Assembly (NCBI GenBank): GCA_017554445.1
Contig: JAFZIJ010000077.1
Coordinates: 1,714-65,713 of the forward strand
DNA length: 64,000 bases
DNA from: Victivallales bacterium
Lineage (GTDB): Bacteria > Verrucomicrobiota > Lentisphaeria > Oligosphaerales > Oligosphaeraceae
Direction: 5' to 3'
Part shown: positions 7,561 through 16,768 of the stretch, in pieces
Position numbering within the stretch: the first letter of the stretch is position 1
How the letters are laid out: each line of letters begins with the position of its first letter
Notes under the pieces: generated by a model
What the model saw: only the letters and a program-made list of their open reading frames with translations
Databases searched by the model: none
What the model was told of the DNA's origin: nothing
Translations under genes and position numbers: made by a program

Positions 7561-9044
7561 TTCTCCGCCTCGGCTTCCGTGACCGTCGCAAAGGACATGT
7601 GCTCCAAACCTTTGGTGAACATATCATACAGCTTCTTAAAATCTTCCCGTGAATGCAATGGCAATAGATTGAAGTACACCTTCGCATCCACGCTATGGTT
7701 CTCACGGAAAGCCTCCTCGACCATCGCGAACGTCATCAGCGACGAACTGCGCGACGGAACGAAACGGCTGTCCGGATCATCATGGACAATCGGTGTCAGC
7801 AGCTTCGCCCGCACAAGCGTTTCAACGGCATATTGTAACTGGTGCAGCGGAATGGCGTTCTTCATGCCGAACTGCTCGGGGCTCCAGCCGTTCTCGCCTC
7901 TGTCAAACGCCTTGCAACAATCATACATCACCAACTGTCCCAACAACATGCATGCCCCAGCCGGAACCATTTCCGGCATCTTCACGATTCTAAACAGACG
8001 GTGGTTCTGAATGGCATAGCTCAACTCACCGCCCAACAGGATGATGCTCCAGTTCGCGTACAACCATGCCAGAAAGAATGGCACGACAGCGAATGTTCCA
8101 TAAATTTTATTGAATTTCGCAAGTCCTACCTGCAGGCCAATGTACGCCCACTGGACGCCGAACCACATCACACCCGCAACAATACCGGCCATGAATGCCG
8201 GCAACGCCTTCACCTTCGTGTGCGGCATAAACATATAGAAAAACGCAAACATCAACAGCACGAGAAAACAGCTTCCCAGACGCATCAGATTGACCATCAC
8301 TCCCGCAATCGCCCCCGCATATTTGTCGAAGGCACCCAGAACCTTCGCGGACATCAGAATTGTGTTCATACTGGTGACCAGCACAAACACCAACGGCGCA
8401 AGTATCAGCACGATAAGATATTCCGTAATTTTCTTCAGCAGACTTCGGGGCTTTGTCACGCCCCATATTCGATTGAAGCAGTCCTCCAGTTTCGCAATTG
8501 ACGTGATGACACTGACCAGTAACATGAACGAACCAACCAGCCCCAAGGCCGCAAAATTCGTGTGTTCCGCATACGTAAGTATCCCAATCATCGCCTTTTG
8601 CACAGGTTCCGGCATCAGATGGGCGAAACCATCAGGACGTGACTTGATATTCCCCTCCTCGTCCTTCACAGGCTGCAACACCTTGAATTCGAAATTTTCC
8701 CCTTCCGCGTTCGTCTCCTCAAGATGAACCTTTTCCATGCCGATCTTGTCCAGAAGTAGCCGCTGCATGCCAAGCCCCTTCGTGAAAGAGAACATGATGG
8801 CAATCATCGGCACTAGCGAAACCAACGTAATATACGTCAATGCAGATGCTTGCAGACCGCATTTATCCTGCTTGTAACTCTTCACAGCCGTCACACCGAC
8901 ACGCGTCAGATGAACACGAAGTTTCTGTCCAAACGGAATGGCCCCTAAATCCGCCAGCCATACATCCTCAAAGAGAAATTTCTTTACCTTCGGAACAACT
9001 TCCTTGACTTTCTCTATCTTCTTCTTCATGTCGTGCTTTTCCAT
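7557..9044 (-). CDS. YihY/BrkB family membrane protein with cytoplasmic C-terminal extension
   Basis: The motif ASALTYITLVSLVP and six hydrophobic helices match the YihY family. The stop overlaps the znuA start by 4 nt. The start is uncertain, with ATG candidates at 9095, 9044 and 9029. The track start at 9320 would overlap the divergent sulfotransferase gene. Confidence 0.65.
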   Translation of the reverse strand: MEKHDMKKKIEKVKEVVPKVKKFLFEDVWLADLGAIPFGQKLRVHLTRVGVTAVKSYKQDKCGLQASALTYITLVSLVPMIAIMFSFTKGLGMQRLLLDKIGMEKVHLEETNAEGENFEFKVLQPVKDEEGNIKSRPDGFAHLMPEPVQKAMIGILTYAEHTNFAALGLVGSFMLLVSVITSIAKLEDCFNRIWGVTKPRSLLKKITEYLIVLILAPLVFVLVTSMNTILMSAKVLGAFDKYAGAIAGVMVNLMRLGSCFLVLLMFAFFYMFMPHTKVKALPAFMAGIVAGVMWFGVQWAYIGLQVGLAKFNKIYGTFAVVPFFLAWLYANWSIILLGGELSYAIQNHRLFRIVKMPEMVPAGACMLLGQLVMYDCCKAFDRGENGWSPEQFGMKNAIPLHQLQYAVETLVRAKLLTPIVHDDPDSRFVPSRSSSLMTFAMVEEAFRENHSVDAKVYFNLLPLHSREDFKKLYDMFTKGLEHMSFATVTEAEAEK

Positions 9045-9230
9045 ATAATGATTTGTATGAACGTGGCGGCCACTGCCAAAATCGCCGTCCGCCATTTTTA
9101 TTGCCACACCATAAATATACCTCTCTTTCCGCCCTTTCCAACTGGCCTTATTCCATCTTGGCATTATATTTATTAATTTGTCTTTGTGTTTGAATCCATT
9201 CTCCCAGCCACCCACAACCCGTTTCACATC

Positions 9231-9974
9231 ATGACACTCATCACCATCATCGGCCGCGGCCATTCGGGAACACGTGCCATCTCCAATACGCTTGCAGCCA
9301 GCGGCGTCTTCATGGGGCAACCGCTCAACGGCTCATGGGATCTCATCCCTCCGCAGGACATGTACGACGCATGCCGCGTCTTCGCCAAATACGTCAAATG
9401 GAACGGCGGCCTGAACTGGGACTGGTCGGAAGCCTTCAATTCTGAGATTCCCAAAGAATTCAAGTCATTGCTATTCACCTTCTTGGAATCCGTCCTCACG
9501 TCAGATGCGCCGATAAAAGGCTGGAAAATTCCGGAAACGACGCTCTGCTTCCCGTGGATTTCACGAATCTTCCCCAAGGCGAAGTACATCTTCTGGATCC
9601 GCAACCCGCGGGACTGCATCATCGGCGGTCATGTCACAGATGACATGCACACCTTCGGCATCCAGTATCCGGAAACGGACAACGTCCGCGAAAAGCGCGC
9701 CTATTCATGGCGTTACCAATATGATTTGGTCAAAGCGACCGCCCGTCCGGAGCAGTGGATAGAAGTTCGCCTGGAAGATTTCGTCCTCAAGCAGGATGAG
9801 ACGCTGTCCCGTCTGGAGGACTTCCTCGGCTTCAAGCTTGTGAAGATCCCCGTCAAGCCCGAAGCCGTCGGCCGTTACATTCTTGATGACCAGAATCCCG
9901 AAACGGGCACGAACTACTACGACATCTTCGAGCCCGCCATGCACGAATACGGATACGAAATTCCTGCGAAATAA
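9231..9974 (+). CDS. sulfotransferase family protein
   Basis: N-terminal PAPS-binding-like P-loop ITIIGRGHSGTRA and a downstream WIRNPRD motif. I chose the ATG at 9231 rather than the upstream track start at 9186. Confidence 0.6.
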   Translation: MTLITIIGRGHSGTRAISNTLAASGVFMGQPLNGSWDLIPPQDMYDACRVFAKYVKWNGGLNWDWSEAFNSEIPKEFKSLLFTFLESVLTSDAPIKGWKIPETTLCFPWISRIFPKAKYIFWIRNPRDCIIGGHVTDDMHTFGIQYPETDNVREKRAYSWRYQYDLVKATARPEQWIEVRLEDFVLKQDETLSRLEDFLGFKLVKIPVKPEAVGRYILDDQNPETGTNYYDIFEPAMHEYGYEIPAK

Positions 9975-9983
9975 TCCGTCGCC

Positions 9984-11168
9984 ATGCGCGTCTCCAAACT
10001 CGCCATCGTCTGCCCGTCGGCCCTTGTCATGGGCGTCACGACCAACTGCCTTAATTTTGCGCTGGTCTTCTACTCCCATGACAAATTCGGCGCCGACACC
10101 TTCCAGGCCAGCCTTTTCGGCTCGCTCTATTCCCTTTCATATCTATTCTGCTGCAGCTTCGGCGGAAAGCTCCTCCAGAAGATCCCACCGCTTAGAAGCA
10201 TCCTTCTCGCCATCGGCAGTGTGTTCATCGGGCTTTGCCTGATGCTGAAAGCCCCAACCCTCCATGCCGCATACATTGTGGAGACAGGCATCGGCATCGC
10301 CGTCTCGTTCTTCTGGCCACAGCTCATGGGATGGCTCTCCAGTGGGCAGGAAGGAAAGCAACTGGCCCGCGCCACATCCTTCTTCAACTTCAGCTGGAGC
10401 ACGGGAACCATCGTCGCACCTTTCCTCGCTGGATTCCTCAGCGACCTCAACGGCATCTATCCACTCTATGCATGTCTCGCATTGACAGCCATCAACGGAA
10501 TTTACGTCTCCGCCACAGCCTATCTGCTGAAACACGATGAAACCACCACGTCATCGCCAACGGCCAAATCGTCCACAACCGCACAGCAACCATTTGAAGA
10601 CCATAGCCCGATGATCCGCTTTCCTGCATGGTACGGTCTCATCTGCGCATGGTTCGCCATCGGTTTCCTTTACAACTCCTATCCGCTCATGGCCGAGCAG
10701 ATGCTCGGCTTCTCACGGCAGCATATCGGCAATCTGATACTCTTGCGCGCCCTTACCGCGACCATCATGATGACGGGCATGGGCTTCTGCGCATTTTGGC
10801 AGTTCCGCTACTGGCAACTGATTGCCGGACATCTGCTACTTGCGGTCAACATGCTTCTCTTCGGCTTCGCATCAGGTACCCTCTCCATTACCATGCTCAT
10901 CTCCGTATCCGGCGTTCTCTGTGCGCATGCCTACACGAACAGCATGTTCCACGGAATTTCCGGTAGCACCAACCGCACGTTGCGCATGGCCATCCATGAG
11001 GCGGCCCTCTCCATCGGCGCCGTCATTGGCGGAGCCCTTACTGGATGGTTGTTCGAGAAAACACGCAGTATCGCCGCATGCGGGCAGGTCGTCGCCGCCG
11101 TCATCCTCTCAGCTGTCATCTGCGACATCTTCTTCGCCGCCATGGCCAGAAGACACCGCAATCGTTAG
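9984..11168 (+). CDS. MFS transporter
   Basis: 394 aa with about 12 hydrophobic helices and a central hydrophilic loop. It starts 10 nt after the sulfotransferase stop. Confidence 0.7.
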   Translation: MRVSKLAIVCPSALVMGVTTNCLNFALVFYSHDKFGADTFQASLFGSLYSLSYLFCCSFGGKLLQKIPPLRSILLAIGSVFIGLCLMLKAPTLHAAYIVETGIGIAVSFFWPQLMGWLSSGQEGKQLARATSFFNFSWSTGTIVAPFLAGFLSDLNGIYPLYACLALTAINGIYVSATAYLLKHDETTTSSPTAKSSTTAQQPFEDHSPMIRFPAWYGLICAWFAIGFLYNSYPLMAEQMLGFSRQHIGNLILLRALTATIMMTGMGFCAFWQFRYWQLIAGHLLLAVNMLLFGFASGTLSITMLISVSGVLCAHAYTNSMFHGISGSTNRTLRMAIHEAALSIGAVIGGALTGWLFEKTRSIAACGQVVAAVILSAVICDIFFAAMARRHRNR

Positions 11169-11393
11169 CCTTAACCGTTTCATTCGTCGAAAAATGCAGA
11201 AAAAGTAACAAAAAACATCTGAAAAAACGTGTTTATACCGTCTTTTGGTTTATATTATTTATGGTTTCATTTTTCAGCCCTACGTCAGCACACTGACCGA
11301 GGGCTTTTCTTTAAGAAAAGGGACACATCCATCGCATCTTAGCGTTAAACATTGTACTGCAAGATTTTATCAAAAACAAAATCTCCACAGTTG

Positions 11394-12854
11394 ATGGACA
11401 CAATCATGCGTACCGCCTTCCATACCGTCTTTTCAAGAGCCGCAGCCGCAATTCTCATGCTGATGGTTCTCGTCGTTTTTTCCACATACGCGCATGAACT
11501 GGACGAACTTCTTAACGAAGCCGCACAAAACAATCCAGATCTCCTAGCCGCCAAATGGCGGGTGGAGCAGATGCTTCTCCGCCATCAGGAATTGCTGGAG
11601 TTCTACGATCCCGCCATCACCGTCGCTGCAGGACAAGCGGAACGGACGCGCTCCATACCAGGAGCCAGTGGATATTCCAGCCTCACCAACAACGCCACCG
11701 AACTGCAGGGCGGCATAGACATGGCCATGGAGCCGGGCTTCTACATCGCCGTCGGCGCATCCGAACGTGTCTATAACGATCCAGACAATTACGACTACCT
11801 CGCCCAGACTCTCTTCGGCGTCAAAATCCGCGTGCCGCTTCTCCGCAACCGCCGTTTCAAAAACCTCTCCATCCAACGCGAAATGGCTCTTGCGGAATAC
11901 AACGCCGCCGTGAGTTCCCTGCTCGATGTCGCACAACGGCTCCGCAGGGATGTTACTCTCGCCTATATCGCCGCCTATGAATCCCTATCCTCCTACAAAG
12001 TCACGCAGGAAGCAACCGTCCGTTTCAAACGTCTCGTCAACGAGGCGAAAGATCTCAACAAGCTTAAAGTCATTCCCGAATACCAGATTTTTGATGCGCA
12101 GATGGATCTGCAACTTGGCATTGAGAACGAAGAGATCGCCCGTAACCGTTTCGCCTTGAATCTTATAACGCTGTCATCGCTCATCGGTGGACATCGTCAA
12201 GTCACCCTGAAGAACGGTCCGGACATCCTTTTCCAAATCGCTTCAGAAACGAAGAAGCTTGAAGAAATCGCCATGGAGGAAGCCCTCGAAAACCGCGGCT
12301 CCTACTTGCAAGTCAAAAACAATCTCGAATACGCCCGCGCCCAGATCGCCTCCGCATTGGAAGAGCAAAAGGACGATGTCACATTCAACATGGGCCTCTC
12401 CTGGCAGGGCGAAATGCACGACCACTTCGATGGCTCGTTCAGATACTCTACGGACCGCCATGTGGGTGCAGACGCATCCATCATTTGGAAGCGCACGCTT
12501 GACTACCGTGGCCCACGTGCGCGGCAGGCTCGTTTTGACGCCCGTATCCAGCAGCTGAAGGAAAATCTTCGCGCCGTCACCGTCGAAATCGATGTGCAAC
12601 GTCAGAACGCCATCAATAATTTCCGTACAGCCCTTTCCCGTATCGACATCGTTTCCAAAGGCATCGAGGCATCCCAGAAGACTCTCGAAGCCGAACAGGA
12701 GCGGTTCCGCCTCGGGGAAGGTACCTCCTCCAATGTGACGGATGCGCAGAAGGAACTCACCAGTCTGCAACAACGACGTACATCCGCCGCCGCGGATCTC
12801 CTCAGAGCTAAAACGAACTACCTCTTCGCCATTGGATATAACGGCGAAGAATGA
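11394..12854 (+). CDS. TolC-like outer membrane efflux protein
   Basis: Signal peptide MRTAFHTVFSRAAAAILMLMVLVVFSTYA. A two-fold repeated coiled-coil/OEP architecture is present. The C-terminal region LLRAKTNYLFAIGY is typical of the OEP family. ATG candidates are at 11394 and 11406, and the track start at 11352 is a TTG. Confidence 0.75.
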   Translation: MDTIMRTAFHTVFSRAAAAILMLMVLVVFSTYAHELDELLNEAAQNNPDLLAAKWRVEQMLLRHQELLEFYDPAITVAAGQAERTRSIPGASGYSSLTNNATELQGGIDMAMEPGFYIAVGASERVYNDPDNYDYLAQTLFGVKIRVPLLRNRRFKNLSIQREMALAEYNAAVSSLLDVAQRLRRDVTLAYIAAYESLSSYKVTQEATVRFKRLVNEAKDLNKLKVIPEYQIFDAQMDLQLGIENEEIARNRFALNLITLSSLIGGHRQVTLKNGPDILFQIASETKKLEEIAMEEALENRGSYLQVKNNLEYARAQIASALEEQKDDVTFNMGLSWQGEMHDHFDGSFRYSTDRHVGADASIIWKRTLDYRGPRARQARFDARIQQLKENLRAVTVEIDVQRQNAINNFRTALSRIDIVSKGIEASQKTLEAEQERFRLGEGTSSNVTDAQKELTSLQQRRTSAAADLLRAKTNYLFAIGYNGEE

Positions 12855-12895
12855 TTACACTAACCACCGGCCGCGCAAAGGCGCAGCCCTCCCAA

Positions 12896-12936
12896 CCACT
12901 GACCACTAGCCACTGACCACTAGCCATTGACCACTA
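12896..12936 (+). repeat. heptanucleotide tandem array, 6 x CCACTRR (3 x 14 bp)
   Basis: ccactga ccactag ccactga ccactag ccattga ccactaa, lying directly upstream of the RBS agaggtgag of the 12953 CDS. Confidence 0.95.
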
Positions 12937-12952
12937 ATAAAGAGGTGAGACC

Positions 12953-13780
12953 ATGCCATTGATGGGTATTTTCGGAAGCAAGAAAAACGACGATAACGAA
13001 CCGGTAAAACTCCCTGACAACAAGGAGCCTATCGCCACGAATGACCTGCTCCTCTCCGAGGAGCAACGTGAAGCCCAGGAGCAAGATCTCGCGCTGTTCG
13101 GCGAACAGCACGAAGAGCACGAACAACACCTTCAGAAGGAAGCGGAGAAGGAGGTCCAGAAACAAGCGCAGGACTCCTTCATCAAACTCCAGAAGATCAA
13201 GCTTGGCCGCTGTCCTGAATGCGGTGGTCACCTCCGCCACAACACGTATGCAAATATTTGCGAAGAATGCGGTTGGAACACATACGACATACCGAAATAT
13301 GGCAAGATCATCATCCATCTGCACGGCAACGACGGTATTGTCGAAGGAGAACACGCATACCGCGGTAAGGACAATGAAATCATCGTCGCCAACGGCGAAG
13401 TCGTCATCGCCAAAATTCCCGCCAGTTCCTATTCATGGATTGAATACAAGTGGAGCGAAGACGAGCTTAGCCAGCGTCGCCGTGTCATGAACGACCAAGT
13501 CAAAATCCCCTGCGGATGGTGCGGCAAGGATGCCGATGTCAACAAAGACGGCTTCCATCTCGTCCACATCGCCTTCGGCAACTCGCAGGAACGCTACTGC
13601 TTCTGCTGCGACGAATGCTACGAGGCCTTCCGCAAGATGTACCCCGCCCGCGTTCATCGCAACTGCTACGAAACCAACTGCTATGAATGTGACAAATGCG
13701 TCAAGCGCTACGGCGACGAGGCGGAAGGCATCCGTACGCTGGCCAAAGACTATCTGCGTATGAAAAAGCCTCAGCAGTAA
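12953..13780 (+). CDS. cysteine-rich cytoplasmic protein: acidic N-terminus, zinc ribbon, TRASH/YHS-like C-terminal module
   Basis: CPECGG-x13-CEECGW forms a zinc ribbon. CGWCGK-x23-CFCCDECYEAF resembles the TRASH/YHS pattern C-x2-C-x19-23-C-x3-C. CYETNCYECDKC follows. There are 14 Cys in total, and no signal peptide or TM helix. Confidence 0.6.
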   Translation: MPLMGIFGSKKNDDNEPVKLPDNKEPIATNDLLLSEEQREAQEQDLALFGEQHEEHEQHLQKEAEKEVQKQAQDSFIKLQKIKLGRCPECGGHLRHNTYANICEECGWNTYDIPKYGKIIIHLHGNDGIVEGEHAYRGKDNEIIVANGEVVIAKIPASSYSWIEYKWSEDELSQRRRVMNDQVKIPCGWCGKDADVNKDGFHLVHIAFGNSQERYCFCCDECYEAFRKMYPARVHRNCYETNCYECDKCVKRYGDEAEGIRTLAKDYLRMKKPQQ

Positions 13781-13838
13781 CGACATAACGATTCAAACGA
13801 CTTCCCGCCAACAACTTTTTTGAAGAAAAGAAATTACC

Positions 13839-14945
13839 ATGGGTGATCTTCGCACAACACAAGGCGAAAAGCCGCCGGTTCCGGTCCGTGAGCAGAAATG
13901 GCATCGCTCGACAATGTTCGTCATCACTGTCCAGGTCGCTCTGGCGGTGACTTTGATCGGCTTCTTCATCAAGATTCCGCGCTACACGCTTGCCAACGGC
14001 TATGTCACAACGTATGACTGGGCGGAGGTCCGTCCGCCTGTCTCCGGTGTCGTGAAGGCGATCCATGTCAAGACTGGTGCCACTGTCAAAGCTGGTGATC
14101 TTCTTGTTGAACTCAACTCAGAAGTGGAAGAAGCCAATCTCGCCGAAGCTCAGACGACCCTCCAGCAACTCAAGTCCAACAAAGATAAGCGAATCGTCGA
14201 AATGCAGGTCGAAATCGACCGTCGCACGGTGACTCTTGATGAAGAGAAACGCCTTAACAAGGAGAACATCGCCAAGGCGGAACTGGAGCTCAAGACCGCT
14301 CAGACCACCTACAATCTGACGAAGGAACTCGTCGAAAAAGGCTTGAAGGCCGCCTCCAATCTGGAGACGGACCACGCCAGGGTGCAATTGGCTGAGTTAA
14401 ACCTCAAGATATTGAAAGACAAGGACTTCAAGCCTTTTGAAGATCTGATTAAACGTGACGAGGAGAAGTTCCAGAAGGAACTCGCCGCCTACGACAAGCA
14501 GGTGGAGGCGCAAGAGGAGCGCATCAAACGCCTGGAGGCCGTTCTCGAAACACGCCGCATCCGCGCCCCGATCGACGGGCATGTGGTCCGTTACACGTTC
14601 GTGCCCGGCGAACTGCTCCAGCCGTCATCCGTTATCTATGAAATCTTCCATGGTGATCTGGAGATCAAGCTCCGCGTCTCCGAACGCTACGCATCAAAAG
14701 TCGCCGTCGGGCAAAAATACCGTGCGGAACTTTCATCCATGAAAGGCGTCCGCAACTATTATTTCTACGGCCATGTCATGTATCTGCGCAATGTCATTCA
14801 GGCCGACGGCAACACCACCTACCGTGTCGCATACTGCTCGTTTGATCCGGGCCCGTACGAAGTCACGATGGGAACCACTTGCGAAGCACGTATTTACTAC
14901 GGTAAATCGTCCTTCTGGTTCTATCTGTTCGGCTTGGATTTGTAA
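13839..14945 (+). CDS. HlyD-family periplasmic adaptor (membrane fusion protein)
   Basis: N-terminal TM helix, lipoyl-like hairpin GVVKAIHVKTGATVKAGDLLVELN, a long coiled coil, and a second lipoyl half APIDGHVV. Confidence 0.85.
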   Translation: MGDLRTTQGEKPPVPVREQKWHRSTMFVITVQVALAVTLIGFFIKIPRYTLANGYVTTYDWAEVRPPVSGVVKAIHVKTGATVKAGDLLVELNSEVEEANLAEAQTTLQQLKSNKDKRIVEMQVEIDRRTVTLDEEKRLNKENIAKAELELKTAQTTYNLTKELVEKGLKAASNLETDHARVQLAELNLKILKDKDFKPFEDLIKRDEEKFQKELAAYDKQVEAQEERIKRLEAVLETRRIRAPIDGHVVRYTFVPGELLQPSSVIYEIFHGDLEIKLRVSERYASKVAVGQKYRAELSSMKGVRNYYFYGHVMYLRNVIQADGNTTYRVAYCSFDPGPYEVTMGTTCEARIYYGKSSFWFYLFGLDL

Positions 14946-14969
14946 ATCACCCGCACGCCCTTCTCGACA

Positions 14970-16748
14970 ATGCCACCCGACAAAGGCAAATCAGATAAAG
15001 ACAAACGGAAAATTGGCAATATCGCCAAGATTCTGGTCTTCATGCATCCATACAAGGTGCAATTGCTGGGGCTTTTTGCCTTGACGGCCCTGCTCTCCAT
15101 CATCGCCATGTTTCCACCGCTTGTCACGCGAACTCTGGTCGATGACGTCTTCACGCAAGGCAAACGCAACCTGTTCTTCGTCATGGGCGCCCTGATGGTC
15201 ATCATTCCGCTTGTCTCCACCGTCTGCGGCTTCATCCAGAGCCTCTCCATCGCCTATCTCGGGCAGCGTTTCGTTTTCGACATCCGCTGTGCGCTATACC
15301 GCCACTATCTCGGACTCTCGCTGCGTTTCTTCTCCAAACACAGTGTCGGTAAACTCCTCTACCGTCTAATGGGTGATTCGGGAACCGTCCAGTCCATGCT
15401 GACCGGCCAGAGCGTCGGCATCATCTCCGATCTTGTCGTCGCGACATTCGCCATCGTCGCGACATTCGCCCTCAACTGGCGTCTCGCCATCCTGCTGGTG
15501 CTGATTGTCGTTGTCTTCGTTGTCAACTACAACGTCACGATCAAGCCAATCATCCTCGCCAGCCGTTCCCAACGCTCCGCCTACGACCGTATGTCCGGCG
15601 GCGTGCAGAACCGCCTGGTCGCCAACATGGCCGTCAAGACGTTCGGTGCGGAAGGGCGTGAAAACGAAACGTTCAAAGAGCAGTCGGACGCCTCCCTGTA
15701 CTACGGCAAACAGTTGGGCATCGCCGGAAATACCTTCTGGATGAACGTCAATTTAATCCAGGCCCTCGGCCGTTCACTGATCTACTTCCTCGGCTGCGCC
15801 ATGATTCTCAATGAATCCATGACTTACGGCGATGTCACGGCTTTCACCTCCTACGCGATGCAACTTCTCGGACCGGCTGTCCGCTTCTCGCAACTTATCT
15901 CGCAGTTGCAGCAGGTCTCCATCGCGACGGAACGACTTTTCGAAATCTTCGACGAGAAGCCTGAAGTCGTCAATGATCCAGATCCGGTCGTCATGCCAAT
16001 CAAAGGACAGGTCGATTTCAAGCATGTCCAATTCTATTATGAAGAGGGCAAGCCCGTCATCAACGACTTCTCAATCCATGTCGAGCCCGGCCAAACCATT
16101 GCGCTTATCGGTCCGACTGGCTGCGGCAAATCAACCATCCTCAATCTTCTCCTTCGCTTCTATGACATCACGGGCGGCGAACTGCTCATCGACGGCGTCA
16201 ACATCAAGAAATTGGAACTGCATTCCTTCCGCAAGCAGTTCGGCATCGTTCTGCAGGAATCCCTCCTCTTCTCCGTATCCATCCGCGAAAACATCCGCTT
16301 CTCACGGCCGACCGCCACGGACGAAGAGATCGAAGCAGCCGCCAAAGTCGCTGAAATCCATGATTTTATTATGACGCTAGACAAAGGGTACGACACACTC
16401 GTCGGCGACTTCGGTGTCGAACTCTCCGTCGGTCAGAAACAGCGCATCAACATCGCACGAGCCATTTGCGCGAATCCCGCCATCCTCATCATGGACGAGG
16501 CCACGTCGTCCCTCGACTCCGACTCCGAACAGGCCATCCAGAAGGCCATGGACCGCGTTCTTGTCGGCCGCACGTCGTTTGTCGTCGCCCACCGTCTCTC
16601 CACGATCAAGAATTCAGACCAAATCATCTTGCTCGACAAGGGCGTCATTCAGGAACAAGGCACCCATGATCAGCTGATGGCCATTCCAAATGGCAGATAT
16701 CACGACCTTTACACCAAACACATGGGCAAAGGCGTCATCGAAGAGTAA
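14970..16748 (+). CDS. ABC exporter half-transporter (TMD-NBD), consensus Walker B and H-loop, deviant signature
   Basis: Six-helix exporter TMD. Walker A GPTGCGKST, signature LSVGQKQR, Walker B ILIMDEATSSLD, H-loop VVAHRLS. Confidence 0.9.
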   Translation: MPPDKGKSDKDKRKIGNIAKILVFMHPYKVQLLGLFALTALLSIIAMFPPLVTRTLVDDVFTQGKRNLFFVMGALMVIIPLVSTVCGFIQSLSIAYLGQRFVFDIRCALYRHYLGLSLRFFSKHSVGKLLYRLMGDSGTVQSMLTGQSVGIISDLVVATFAIVATFALNWRLAILLVLIVVVFVVNYNVTIKPIILASRSQRSAYDRMSGGVQNRLVANMAVKTFGAEGRENETFKEQSDASLYYGKQLGIAGNTFWMNVNLIQALGRSLIYFLGCAMILNESMTYGDVTAFTSYAMQLLGPAVRFSQLISQLQQVSIATERLFEIFDEKPEVVNDPDPVVMPIKGQVDFKHVQFYYEEGKPVINDFSIHVEPGQTIALIGPTGCGKSTILNLLLRFYDITGGELLIDGVNIKKLELHSFRKQFGIVLQESLLFSVSIRENIRFSRPTATDEEIEAAAKVAEIHDFIMTLDKGYDTLVGDFGVELSVGQKQRINIARAICANPAILIMDEATSSLDSDSEQAIQKAMDRVLVGRTSFVVAHRLSTIKNSDQIILLDKGVIQEQGTHDQLMAIPNGRYHDLYTKHMGKGVIEE

Positions 16749-16768
16749 TCAACCATTCCATTATATTA

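Noticed and set aside
9045-9320. N-terminal 92 aa of the 587-aa YihY ORF from the track
   Set aside because: The extension would overlap the divergent sulfotransferase gene and its promoter region, and it has non-protein-like composition. Internal ATGs at 9095, 9044 and 9029 give a normal YihY N-terminus.
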